Source of the DNA: Ostrea edulis
Lineage: Eukaryota
Assembly (NCBI RefSeq): GCF_947568905.1
Contig: NC_079165.1
Span: forward strand, 87,544,001 to 87,608,000
DNA: 64,000 nt
Reading direction: 5' to 3'
The position numbers and the translations under genes were made by a program. Below the pieces are notes generated by a model. It had not been told where the DNA came from. It did no database searches and worked only from the letters and a program-made list of their open reading frames with translations. Below are positions 39,225 to 52,563 of this stretch, one piece after another. Each line of letters opens with the position of its first letter. The first letter of the stretch is position 1.

Positions 39225-40403
39225 ATGGATTCAAAAATCGCATTTAAACTTGGAAGAGTCGCTGGGGGTGAAAAAACCGGCGACTTTACGTATAACCTAC
39301 GTCCATTTGGCCACGGTCATGACGACTGGATCGATCGATTGAACAACATAATCGTTCCTTTCTTTCTGGTAGTGTTCGCTGTGTATATTGGGACGGAGTA
39401 CCTCTTCTCTGGTCCCCCTATCCACTGCTGGTGTCCGGCGGAATTCACAGACACTCATGTTGATTACGTGCACCATTTCTGTTGGATCCGAAACACGTAT
39501 TACGTACCTCTGACACAACCCATCGTAGAAGAAGCGCGGAAAAATGAAGAGGTAGTGTATTATCAGTGGGTATCAATTATTCTATTATTCATGGCCCTGA
39601 TGTTTAAGCTACCCAGTGTATTCTGGAGGCTATTTTACAAAGATTCTGGGATCCAGATTGATACGATTTCACAAACAGCCGCACAATCGCAATGCATGTC
39701 CTGGGATGAGCGGAACCAAACCGTGAAAAATATAGCTTGTGATTTTCAAAGATGGGCTAGAGTCCGCGCTCCTCGACAGAGAGGACTAAAATATCTGAAA
39801 TCTTTGTTCTCAAAGCGGTCGGGATCCTACATTGTTAGTCTGTATTTTGTACAGAAATGTTTATACTGTGCTAATACCATTGGTCAATTCTTCCTATTAG
39901 ACGCCTTTCTGGGACACGATTTTTACCTCCAATATGGCACGGACTTTTTCAGTGGCAGCGTGGGAAATAGTACTATGGGTTTGGCGCGCTTTCCCAGAGT
40001 TACCATGTGTGACTTCAATGTACGCCAGCTTCAGAACCTGCCGCGCTGGACGGTTCAATGCGTGCTTCCATTGAATATGTACAACGAAAAAATATTTGTC
40101 TTTCTGTGGATTCTGTACGCTTTGGTAGCCTTTCTGACGTCAGCTAATCTTCTGCTTTGGATTTGGCGCCTCATGATTCATCGAAACAGGGTCGCTTACA
40201 TCCAAAAGTTTCTAATGAACTGTGAAGGCAAAACTAAAGACCCAACCAAAGAAAAGCACATTCAGAGTTTCATTCAAAAACAGCTCCATCTGGATGGAAT
40301 ATTCGTCTTACGGATAGCAGAACGAAACACAGGCGCGGTGTTTATAATGGACTTGGTGCAAGAACTATGGGCTGTGTTCGATAAACGATATGAAACTCGT
40401 TAG
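39225..40403 (+). CDS. Innexin (paralog B, copy 2), 392 aa
   Basis: Intact ORF; only difference seen from copy 1 is L35W (ttg to tgg). Confidence 0.97.
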   Translation: MDSKIAFKLGRVAGGEKTGDFTYNLRPFGHGHDDWIDRLNNIIVPFFLVVFAVYIGTEYLFSGPPIHCWCPAEFTDTHVDYVHHFCWIRNTYYVPLTQPIVEEARKNEEVVYYQWVSIILLFMALMFKLPSVFWRLFYKDSGIQIDTISQTAAQSQCMSWDERNQTVKNIACDFQRWARVRAPRQRGLKYLKSLFSKRSGSYIVSLYFVQKCLYCANTIGQFFLLDAFLGHDFYLQYGTDFFSGSVGNSTMGLARFPRVTMCDFNVRQLQNLPRWTVQCVLPLNMYNEKIFVFLWILYALVAFLTSANLLLWIWRLMIHRNRVAYIQKFLMNCEGKTKDPTKEKHIQSFIQKQLHLDGIFVLRIAERNTGAVFIMDLVQELWAVFDKRYETR

Positions 40404-41507
40404 GTGATCATGTAGGTATATCAATTAAAATGATATGTACATCCTTTATATTTTCCCTACTTCTGTATTTTATACAGAGGAGAGCATGATGCACAAATGG
40501 TCATTTCTACGTGTTTATTGTGCTTCATTGAGTCGGACTAAGCAATCTGTGTTGTGTTTTCTGTGAAAAAAGAGCTTACTGTGAAACCAGGTTTCTCGAG
40601 AGGGGGGAGGGGAGGGGGGGGGGGGCTACTCTATATATAAGATTGTCAAAAGATAACAAGTATTATAATGTTTAGTCTCTTTATCAGAAAATTCTTTTAA
40701 TATTTAACCAATGACAAGCTACCAGTAGGCTATGCACCGTAAATCGCGTCACATTGGTATCTTTCATGTTGATAAATTCATATAATTAGAAAATGTGTAT
40801 GCTTGTGGAAAACCCCGATCACTCTTGAAATGGATATTTGGAGGGGGTGTGTGGATAAGAAAGCAGAATTTACTTCAGTTCATTTATTCATTCTATACTA
40901 AACCATTCATACAATGGTACATAGGGTAAATAAAACTATTAAGTTAGTAGATTTATATAGACAATATTACCAAGGGTACAAGTAAATAAATAATGCATGC
41001 ACATATTCTGTTGTTTGACATCTCTTCTCTTCATTGTTGTAATCATCTCATGTTTGTCTATTTTGGACTTTGAATTATAAAATATTCTATTCTATATATC
41101 ATTCACATCAAATACAGGTGGGGGCATAAGGCATTAAAAGAGATTTGGGAATTTGATACATGCATGTACCTACAGGACAACAAAGGATCCACTCATTGCA
41201 TTGCATTGTGGGATTACGTAATGTCACCTATTTAACCACTGACGTAAGGATTGGTTAAAGAAAGTACGGTAGAAATAAATTCGAAAATCAAGTCTATAAT
41301 TCATTAAAATCCGTTTTTGAACAGTTTATTGGTATGTTTGTTTGTTTTTTAAGTCCAGGTCAATGCGCAAAATACCTATTCAAAAATCGTTATTTATGGA
41401 AACGAATGAAGGAATATATCGCCCTTTCCTATGACGTCATCTGAGACAATTGTGGTTGTGTACACATATTACGCCATGCACTATACTAATTATCGTTCTA
41501 ATATCTG

Positions 41508-43180
41508 TTTCAATTTCAATTCATTTATTCTCATAAGTCAATCAACAGGACATAGAGAAATATATAGGCAATCACACTAATTATATTTATGCATGCGAGT
41601 TGAGGTACATATATACGTTTACAAAAATGAATATTACAAAATATGATTGGCAAATTGACATCAACTTGGAGGGTTGACCACCTCATTTATAGTGTCAATA
41701 AATCCTAGATAAATTCAACAGCAATTTAAAATTCTTAGAAGAAAATAAATCATGAAGTTTTAAAATATTTGGTCTATGATGAAATTTTTGCGGTGTGTAC
41801 ATTTTTCGAAAGTCTTTAAAATTTTCACATGTAAAAATATAATGAAATTCGTCGCCTATTTCAGAATAACACAATTTACATTTTCTATCTGCTCTGGGAA
41901 TGCCAGACCATCTCCCAGTTTCTATTGATAAGCGGTGGTTTGTCGTTTTGAATCTTGCAATTTTACGTATTCTATAAATATCCAAATTTGATAAGATATA
42001 ATTGTGACATTTAAATTCAGAATTTATAAAGAAGTTGTAAATTTTACCTTTGCTGCAATTACATTCTGACAACCATTGCTTCTGGAATTGATCATATAAT
42101 TTTTGTTTTAATGAGTTTACAAGACACCTTTTGTTTTGTACATATTGAAATATCCATATAATACTTAAGCCACAATCATCAATAATGCTTTTAACATTTT
42201 TTATCCATTTTATTTTGATACCATTTAAATACTTTTTTAAAAATAAATATATAAGCTGATAAAATAGATATGACAATTTTGTTTCTTTGCCATTGACAAT
42301 ATTGGCCCAACAATTTATAATTCTGGTTTTGATATAGATATCTAATGGGTATCTGCCCAATTCTCCATATATCATAATTTTTTATGTATTTTGCTTCAGA
42401 TTCAACAGAATTCTACAAAATTTTAATGTACCTTCACAATAACATCGTTATTACCAAAACCCCATATTTCACATCATCCATATATCAACATTTTATCAAA
42501 CAAATGCAATTGGGCTGTAATCGATAGATTTAGGCTTCACACCTTTTTAAAGATTCCACACATAGCGTTTGGTTTCATTGAAGGATCCAGATCTGGAGAA
42601 GAAAACACCCAGGTGCTTAAAATGTTTGACAATATCTAGCTCTTTGCCATCATAAAAGAAACGACAGTTACTAGGCAATCTACCTTTTGAAAAAATCATA
42701 ATTTTTGTTTTATCGACATTTACTTTACTGCATCATCAGCATAAAGGATGATCATTATTTTCAAAAATACATTTAGCTCATTTTCCATTTCTTCGGAAAT
42801 TAGCGTAACCCCCTCAACATTACTATCAATAAGGTAATTTTTAAGGTAATTCAAAAACAAGGCAAAAAGGATGGGGGATACACCGATTTTACATGGAAAA
42901 TAATTTGAAAATTCATTATTCAAAGCTATTCTTGATTTACATCCATTGTACATATTTACAATAACCGTAAGGCATTTGCCTGCAATGTTTTACTGTGATC
43001 ATTTACGCCAAACACTATCAAAAGCACCTTTGAAATCTATAAATGAACAAAAAAGTTTCTCTTTCGGCAGAAAACACAACTCAGTAAGCGAATATAGTAC
43101 ACACATATTATCAAATGTAGAATATTTGTCTCTAAAACCTGTTTGATTTTTCTTCAGTACATCAAAATTTTGTGAGAAAT
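41508..43180 (-). mobile_element. RTE-X-like LINE remnant (duplicate)
   Basis: Same RT and Cys/His motifs as 17579-19250. Confidence 0.85.
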
Positions 43181-43616
43181 GGCCAGTTTTAGCAACACCG
43201 TAGATAGTGACGGTGAAATCCAAGGATACATTTGAGTTTAAGGATTCAACCTTATATGTTTGTACCTGCACCCGTTTCGAAACCACCAGAAAGTGATTGA
43301 TATATATATATATCTCATCGGAATCTCAGCTAGAAATTATTCACCGGGCCAGCCCACAAAAAAATTGGGAATGATATTGGAAATAATGTTTTACCTAAAG
43401 ATAATTTTTGTATTTTACAAGGAAAAAAACCCCGAACAATTCCCAACTGTTGGCATGAAAACCATAATACTGTAGCGATGATGGATGAGCGGATCAACGG
43501 ATCTGAAAACCAACACCTAATATACAATACCTTGCTATAATGTGTTTAATTATATATATTTCATTGTAAAATGCTTTTTTGAGAAAACATTGTGCACAAC
43601 GTTATTTAATTGTAAC

Positions 43617-43656
<40 letters not shown>

Positions 43657-44095
43657 TAGATACAATATCATAGAAAGTAAATCATTAGTACATGTAGTTT
43701 CTTCACAGCACACGACAAATGCGAAATTGAAATATTACGACACAGAGTTAACGAATTGTAGCATTTTGAGGTTCGAAATTTTGCCTTGAAGATTCATAAT
43801 ATAATAATCAATGTATCACAGTTTGCTTAAGTATCTTCAGAAAATTTTATCCACTGATGGTACCGGTGAAGTTTAGTCATTCCGCGGCAATGAAAACCAC
43901 ACCGAGTGCTACCCATATAGTGTACCTCAGATACGAAGAACGGGAAAATCAATTAATATACTCCCGATGGACGCCAATTATTCTGGTCATCATTTAGGCC
44001 AAGTCGTACTGTGCAAGATACCAGGTTTCTTTTGGGTGTTTATTTTATCAGAGTTCTGAATTCCTTTTGGATATAATTTCACAAACGCGATATCA

Positions 44096-44613
44096 AGGGA
44101 CTGATTCACGATTTTACCCAAAATTTTGTTTTTTCACTTTTAATGATCAAAATTTACTGTCTAATGTGTTTGAAAGATTTCACATGAAAATTAAGGTTAT
44201 ACATCATCACAGAAGCTCATTTTAGAGAGTTTATTATTTGTTTTGTAAGCAAAGATTGCGGTATGCTATTGTTTACGAAATTTTGAAAAGAAATGGATAT
44301 CGATCAAAGTATTATTATATCTCTCACATTTCAAGCATTTTTGGGGTGAAATGTGTCATTTAAAAGTTAAAATTTGTGACTATGCAAAATTAAGATGCAT
44401 TACATTACAAAATCAATATTTCACTTATTTGTTTGTTTACATAAAAAGACCCGAGTCTTTGTTTACATAACACATATTTAAGGCTAAAATACTGCTTTCA
44501 TTCTTGCATTCAGAAGGTCAAAATTTTGGCTGTCAACATTAAATGAGTTATGTTTCTAATGTTTAACATCAAAAATGAAAAATATTTTTATCAAAAATCG
44601 TGAACCAGTCCCT
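44096..44613. mobile_element. Kolobok-like MITE (duplicate)
   Basis: Same TIRs. Confidence 0.7.
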
Positions 44614-44809
44614 TTAAAAGGGAAGCCTCCGTGTTTACTCGGGTTTTGTTTGCTGTTTATTGGAACGTTTACATGTCCCGGTTATCTGTATTATTAGGAT
44701 AAATACGGTAAACATTGTGAACACCGGGGTAATTTGTATAACTGTCTCCCTTGTTATATATCCGTTATAGATCACGGGATGCAAACAACCTGGACAGAAG
44801 TTTATCACA

Positions 44810-45089
44810 AGATACATTTATAGTTTGTAATATTCAAGTTTAACAACTTAGACATAAGTTTATTCTAAGATACATTTATAGGTTGTAATATTTTAAGTTT
44901 AATAACCTAAATTTAAGTTCAGATCAGATACATTTATAGTTTGTAATATTCAAGTTTAACAACCTAGACATGAATTTATTCGAAGATACATTTATAGTTT
45001 GTAATATTCAAGTTTAACAACCTAGACATAATTAATTTTATCCTAAGATACATTTATAGTCTGTAATATTCAAGTTTAACAACTTAGAC
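44810..45089. repeat. 58-bp minisatellite (duplicate)
   Basis: 5 units. Confidence 0.9.
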
Positions 45090-48000
45090 AACTTAAACGG
45101 TGAAGTACCACAAAGACCTATGCTCAGCACTCAGGGCCGTAGCAGCACAGGATATCTAAGATTTTGGATGCATCAAATGAAGTCAGATATTGCTGTTTAC
45201 GCGGGATTTTCTATCATTTTATATATTAAACAAAATGTAAATTGGTCATTAATACATAAAATGCACATATAAAAAGACGATTTTGAAGGATTTCAATTTT
45301 GGGTATAATGGTTTTTATACTGAATTTTCAAGTCAAGATTTTTGAATACATAAATATACATTGTAGGTGGTTTTATAGGGAAAATAGGTGGTGAATATGG
45401 ACTTTCATTATGGATCCACCTACATGATTGATGCAAAGCTGATGGCAACGTACTTTAATGCTGTGGCATTTAGTTATTTGAATTTGAATACATGGATTTG
45501 GTATAGATTCAAAAATAGACACAGTATAGAATAGCATTATTACTCTATTGTTCGCATTTGATAGTCTATGAACAATTTTTTTTTTTAATCGTTTAAATTT
45601 GTGTCTTGTTTTCTTTCTCATCTTATATCAATATATAGCTTGACTGGATAAATATTACATGAATTTGATATATGTAAATATTGTTTATAAGTTGGACAGA
45701 TTTCATGCCATGTCATATTATCATAATCATGCACAATGATGGAAAATGCGAATAAAAAGATAGACTGTTCTAATTTAATACGATGCAAAAGCATTTAGAT
45801 ATTATAAATAACCAAAAACAAAAACAAAAAAAGAAAAGAAAGGAAATAACCACACGTGGGTGAATACGAAAATCGCTGATTGTCTAGGAATGCAGGGTTT
45901 ACCTGTTGTCAATTATGAATATACTTTTTTATCTTCCGGGTCACGGAGTATATCCGATGACGTCATTTCTCGTGGTTGGGATCATCCTATTTTTGTACGT
46001 CTCTTCAGTGTCCCTGTCCTGTTCTGTTGTTGTAATAATTAATGGTAGGAGTGCGAAAACAATGGAAGAACGAGATAATTACCCCCCTATCCAAATTTTC
46101 CCACCTTTTCGTCGTTTTTATATCCCTTACTATACGTTTTTATGTAACTTTTAAAAACATTTATTCTTTTGGTATACATTTTGTAATTCAACTCTTTTTT
46201 GTTATTAAAGATATCTAGGTTTTTATGTCAAGTTGAACAGTCGGTGCTAAACATTTGTAAACGTAAATATTTATATATATATATGTGATTTAAAAGTGTA
46301 ATAACACCTTAAAATGCCTAATATACATCACCTGTTTTCAGACCAGCGTCTAGACTTTTAGTGTTTTACAAGATGATTAATTGTTTTGAACGTTGAACTG
46401 AGGTCTATCTTTTATACATAAAACTTTCATTGTATTATGTGCATTCATTAAGGCAATTTGCATAAAATAATTAATTATGTTGAGACCAGTTATACAAAAG
46501 TACGTAGAGTGAAATTTTATAGTTCAGTTTTATAAGAAAGTGTTGAAGCTATTTGGGACGCTGTTGTTTGTAAGCCTGTCGGCACTCTCGTGATGGCGAC
46601 ATTTATAAAAGAGGTTCTGAAAGGATAACCTGGGGCGAAAAATGAAAAAGAAACTATTTACGCGAATTTCTAAAACAAAACAAAAAATCACAATGTAGGC
46701 CTACGTCGTTTCAGAATTTCCCTGTGATATATGGTATACAATATACATTTATACTTAAACTTGTTATAGCTCCAAACTGAATTTTCCAAATCGTTCACCT
46801 GCAATATATCATGGCTTATCAGTAGCTCGGTTTTCTCTACACTTTCTTTTAATGTTTAACACATGTATATCAAAGAACAAAGGTCAGGGGTCCAAGGAAG
46901 GAACTGCAAAATACTTCGTCACGTGACTCCAGATGTGGACCTGCGCACGGCGACCGAGTTCTACTGGTGTATAAAGTTTGTCTTCCGTGTACTTTGATCC
47001 ATTATCGATCTTTAAACATTGCCTGTCACTGATTGATAGCATCACCATGCCGTCCAGCGATAATGACTCATGTTTGGGGGGAGTAGTTAGGTTTCTCATT
47101 TCGCCCCCCCCCCCCCTTTCCTCTTTCCCTCTCTGTCACTATGCATGATCTAGAGGGATGAAATTTCCGGACATCCCACACCCACCTGGAATTTTCAACG
47201 TGTACATACCATCATGACCAGTCACCTATGAATTTGTACATTAAGTAATGTAGACATGCAGAACCAAATAAAAACATTGTCATAGAATAAGTATGTACAT
47301 GAAGTGCCCTCAAATGAATATACTGGTCCACTGGAACCATTGTTTAACATTATTCTTATCCATACTCGGTGTTTATTCGGCGCAATATGATGGACGATGT
47401 AAATCTCCAGATGACCGTCACTGACATAAAATCATTGACTTTGGTGCACTTTAAACTGTCAGTGCTACTTGGTTGATCATTAGAAATTGACCGAAAAGAA
47501 ATTGTACAATCATTTATCAGGTAGGGAAACCGAAGATATGTCAATTAAGTCTCTTAGGCAAAATAGCCCCTCATACCAGAAAACATCAGGACATAACGAA
47601 ACGTTAAGAAGTCAACTCCTGCGACTTTTGTCTTCTGGGATTGTTGGAAAATCTTATCAAATTGTCGTATGTGCCGTGTAGGTATTTCACCCCCACCCCA
47701 CCCCATTTGTTCTGGTCCATAATGCTCAGATGCTCATTTTTTCGCCAAAAGTTCGACCCCTCTGGAATAAAATCCTGGATCTGCGCATGGCCTCTCTCTC
47801 ATCTAGATTGTAACGAAACACATATGTATATCAATTATCTACATTTAGATTATGAAAACTCTTGATATAAACTTTACCCTTTGTTAAAGTGGGCGACAAC
47901 TTGATAATGTTTTGTTTTGCTATATTGTTTGCACAAATCACGGTGATGAAAAACCAGCCTGAATAAATCCATGCTTCTCATTGACTCCCGTATTGTGATT

Positions 48001-48884
48001 GTCACGCGACAACAACCACCATATACAGGAGTAGGTGAGAGCAGACCGGTGCAAAACGAACTGACGTGCTAGTATAGAATAAACTTACTGAAACCAATTC
48101 GGGGCCCTTAAATGATAGTAGTACTTGACATGTTGACATAAAAAAAAAAGAAATTGACAACAGAAGATTATAGTAAATGGGGATCATTTGTATATGGTAA
48201 ATGCTAACATATATATACATATATGTTTTGTTTTTGTTGGTTTTTTCCCCCCCATGTAATGCTATTATTCTCTTTTATATAAGTATTCACACGACACTAT
48301 CATTATCTGCTGTCCCAGAAACTGTTATGTGAGGCAGTTGGGTTATTTTATTTATCATGTTGTTAATTTAAATCTTGTCTGTAATCAGTATTTCATATAT
48401 AATTATATAGATATGTGCAGTGCAGAAGTGTGAACTCTGTCAGTATTACCGGTAGTACTTCTAAATGATTGTTATTTATTTTCATTGTTATAATTAATTG
48501 CCTGTTAACATGTACATACCCCCCGAGGGCCCTTGATTGGTGAATAAACTATATATATATACACTCCGAGGGCCCTTGATTGGTGAATAAACATATTGTA
48601 TACTTGTGATCGATATACGTGCAAAAAGAACCTGTAGCATATGCACTTATACTAGAGTATTAACATTAACTCTTTTACATTTATCTGGTTCTTTTTAAGA
48701 CTATACAATGCAGTATTTCTTGTTTTGAAAATGTTGATTAAAATTGCCTAGCTTGAATAGCAACATATCATTCTCATTGGACATAATCCACAAAAATGTT
48801 TATTTATTAAACTACAGAATTTTAAAATTATTCTTAGTAATATCCTCAAAAAACGCATGTCTATCACCTTTACATAAATCAGTA

Positions 48885-49122
48885 GATAATCTTTCTCTCT
48901 ATCACCTTTATGTAAGTCAGTAGATATAAATCTCTCTCTCTCTCTCTCTATCACCTTTATGTAAGTCAGTAGATATAAATCTCTCTCTCTATCACCTTTA
49001 TGTAAGTCAGTAGATATAAATCTCTCTATATGGTGACTTTATAACTTATAACTTATAATAGCATGTGTATCGCCTTTATATAAGTCAGTATATAAATATA
49101 TCTCTATCGCCTTTATAAGTCA

Positions 49123-49168
<46 letters not shown>

Positions 49169-49290
49169 CCTTTATATAAGTCAGTATATATAAATATCTC
49201 TCTATCGCCTTTATATAAATCAGTATATAAAATATAAATATCTGTCTATCACCTTTATAAAAGTTAGTATAGATGAATATATATCTCTAT
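48885..49290. repeat. AT-rich minisatellite with embedded (CT)n and (AT)n
   Basis: Recurrent tatc(a/g)cctttat(g/a)taagtcagta(g)atata units of variable length. Confidence 0.85.
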
Positions 49291-50094
49291 ATGACGATTT
49301 ATAACTTATAACTGCCAGATAGATAAACGTATTGAACACATTACAATCTCAAATAATCAAGGGCAAAACACCTTTTATTTTCCATCCTCCTATATTTTGA
49401 TATTTGCAGCACGTGAAACAATAAATTAACAACAAAAAGCAAAATTTAAAAAAAACTAGAAAGTTTTCGTTAATAAATGGTAATATCATTGAATTATAGA
49501 TCGAGATAATAGTTTTGAGAACTCTGTGAAAAAGAATTTACGAGATTGCAAAACTGAAAACGGTCAATGGGACATAACTCTAACACCTCACTCTTTTTAC
49601 GGATTTCAGTTTTCTCTTTTATTCGCTAGATGTAAACTTCCTGTTGCTAGGATAAGCAGGTGTCTGATTTGTTATCTTTATAAACTCATTTAAATGATCC
49701 TTTATAAGTAATTCTGTTAAATGATCACTTATAAGTCCACGTGATGTTGATTCAATATTTTGTGTAGGTCTATAGTATGCAGACTTTTGTTGACCACGAA
49801 CCACAGGCGTGACGTTTTAGGCCTGTACGCTTACAACTGAAGATCTTAATGTTTCTGTTCACAATGGGTTTTTTTTAAAGACTGCTTTAATTTGCTCTCA
49901 TCAAATAAGAATATCAAAACAAAAATCTAGCCTATTTATTCCATTATAAAGTGTTGGTAACTCTTGCCATGGGACTGAAATCTGTAAAGAAGACACGACC
50001 GGGAAATTCTGCTATGTATTATAATTAAGTTGTATTATATATTGTTTCCTGAAAACCTTTGATGTGTAGCGGTCAGCCGGAATTGATCGCCGGT

Positions 50095-50166
50095 GGCCAG
50101 ATAGTTCAGTTGGTAGAGCACCTGACTAGCGATTCAGGGGCCCAGGTTTGAATCCAGGTCTGGTCC
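50095..50166 (+). pseudogene. tRNA-like element (SINE head or tRNA pseudogene)
   Basis: 7-bp acceptor stem ggccaga/tctggtc, A-box tagttcagttggtagagc and stem cctga/tcagg. The anticodon loop is 8 nt (ctagcgat), the T-loop is tttgaat and the T-stem has a mismatch. Confidence 0.7.
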
Positions 50167-51897
50167 GTTGCATTTTCTCCCTTCCTGTTACATTTGATGC
50201 CGTGACCACCCCTATTTAAATGTACATGTGCATGAATGCATACTGAACATAAGGTATACAAAATTCAAAAATTACTGTATGCCAACATGGTAATTGTTAA
50301 TTAAGTTATCTTATAAACAGTATATGTAACAGAGAAATATTTGTCTCTACTGAGAATCAATCCGGTAGAACACTCATGACATGAAAATGGTTACATATAC
50401 AATAACAGCCCAATAAACCCCCCAAATTTCACAGCTTTAAAAAAAAGACTAAATCTCGCTTTATCATTTTATATTTCATTTAAACGAAATATCATAAAGT
50501 TATATTATTTTTATGTATTGTAATGCACTTCACCATTGGTTCATTTTATATCATGTATCAAAGTATAGAAATGCGGATTGTCTGGGTCTTTCTAATTATA
50601 AACATTAAAAAACTCGGATTGACTTGTAGTTTCTAATAGATTAGGGAAATTTTGCTACGTGCAACAATGAATGTGATTCACTGACGTATGTCATTCCAAC
50701 CAATCAAATTCTCTTCCCGGTTTTTCTAATCATAAACATAAAAAACTCAGATTGACCTGTACTTTCTAATAATAGATTAGGGAATTGAATTTATTAATGA
50801 TTTTTTATAATTTCCTGAAAAGGGAAGATGCTCTATTCATTACATGTTTCATAAAATTACTCTATCAGTATAAAGAACACACACTGAAATTAAAACAGCT
50901 AGCTTACTATATTTTTTAATCTCAATATGTTAAAAAAAAGATATTGCAATTTATGTTTCCTAATTTTGTCAAGCATTCTTTGAAAAATAATATAACAAAT
51001 GTAGCCCTTTCAATCGGTCGATCCATAGATATATCGACTTCACAGAAAAGCATATCTATGGATCGACCTCATGATAGGGCTATATTTGTATAATATACAT
51101 AGATATGTTCACATAAGTTTTCTCTAATACTGTATACACAGCAATTAGAAGTACATCATATGAAAACTGACACAATTTATGAATGATTCACCACCAGCAT
51201 ATGTCTAGTGCCTCTATTATTTTAGACAGTACCTGACTTTTTTATGAATATATATGATATCCTCCTATAAGTATTGCATGCATGGATAGTCTGAAAAGAT
51301 TGTCAAATGCATTCCATATATTGAATATCAATTGTACAGATGCCGATGAATTTTTCATTGCTTTATCTCTTGGCTATATCACAAGAGTCAATTACGCACA
51401 AAATGCATATTTGTATGTACAGAATTTGGTACCTTTATTAGCCAGGTATGACTGATATTTATAAACAAAATAGAAGAAGGCAACAGATATATGTACTAAG
51501 ACTAGTTATGCTGAAATTTGATATCTTCAATTCAGAGAATGTTGTGACATTCTGCCATTCAATAATACTGTATTTCTGGACAGCGGAGTTCAAGATGTGT
51601 GGTTGTTTCTCTTTATGTGACCCATTTTCTTTTTAGAATTAATTATGCACTATCTAGCAGTACTCCTGACTAGTGTAGGGTACTAAGAAAGAGAGATGAT
51701 TATTCTTCTAAAAGTAATGTAAATCAAAGAGTATCTTAACTTGAAGATAAACCAGCATTACAAATATCAATAATTTTTTTTACGTGTATCAGAATACAAT
51801 CATGTATGTATATTCTTTCTTTTTATGTGAAATGAGCTGTTGAATTATTTTTGTAGGAACCTCAAGTCAATAAGTTAGGAGCACAGAGTGTCCAGTC

Positions 51898-52027
51898 ATG
51901 ACGTCAGCGGACAAAGAGACCACGCCTATGATGGACGAAGTGACAGAGGATGAGTACTCGGACAGGTTTGGTGATTTTGATGAGGAACCCACACACCCAG
52001 CAAAAGGCGAGAATGTCTACAGGTCAG
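51898..52027 (+). CDS. PP2D1: Putative first coding exon of a PP2C-like domain-containing protein 1 gene (exon starts at 51857)
   Basis: Acceptor ttgtag|g at 51856/7, in-frame upstream TAA, ATG at 51898, MTSADKE..THPAKGENVYRS. Perfect donor cag|gtaagt in phase 1, compatible with the next exon. Linkage to the next exon is inferred from phase only. Confidence 0.6.
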
Positions 52028-52563
52028 GTAAGTACACAACACACCCAGCAAAAGGCGAGAATGTCTGCAGGTCAGTACACAACACACCCAGCAAAAGGCG
52101 AGAATGTCTACAGGTCAGGTAAGTACACAACACACCCAGCAAAAGGCAAGGATGTCTACAGGTCAGGTAAGTACACAACACACCCAGCAAAAGGTAAGGA
52201 TGTCTACAGGTCAGGTAAGTACACAACACACCCAGCAAAAGGAAAGGATGTCTACAGGTCAGGTAAGTACACAACACACCCAGCAAAAGGCGAGGATGTC
52301 TACAGGTCAGTTAAGTACACAACACACCCAGCAAAAGGCAAGGATGTCTACAGGTCAGGTAAGTACACAACACACCCAGCAAAAGGCGAGAATGTCTACA
52401 GGTCAGGTAAGTACACAACACACCCAGCAAAAGGCGAGAATGTCTGCAGGTCAGTACACAACACACCCAGCAAAAGGCAAGGATGTCTACAGGTCAGTTA
52501 AGTGCACAACACACCCAGCAAAAGGCGAGGATGTCTACAGGTCAGGTAAGTACACAACACACA
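51991..52563 (+). repeat. 48-bp minisatellite (12 units, two of 43 bp) spanning the exon 3' end and donor
   Basis: Unit acacacccagcaaaaggcgagaatgtctacaggtcaggtaagtacaca. Confidence 0.95.

Larger units (their letters stand above)
24124..46371. repeat. Segmental duplication, copy 2
   Basis: Direct repeat of 1-22431 with scattered SNPs and indels. Diverges at 46372 (...ttttacaa|gatgatt versus ...ttttacaa|tcttcat in copy 1). Confidence 0.97.

Noticed and set aside
46884-47865. Short ORFs just right of the duplication end
   Set aside because: No motifs, splice pattern or homology recognised.
48000-48590. Possible LINE 3' end with duplicated ccgagggcccttgattggtgaataaa
   Set aside because: Coding resemblance too weak to call; only the 26-bp direct repeat is certain.
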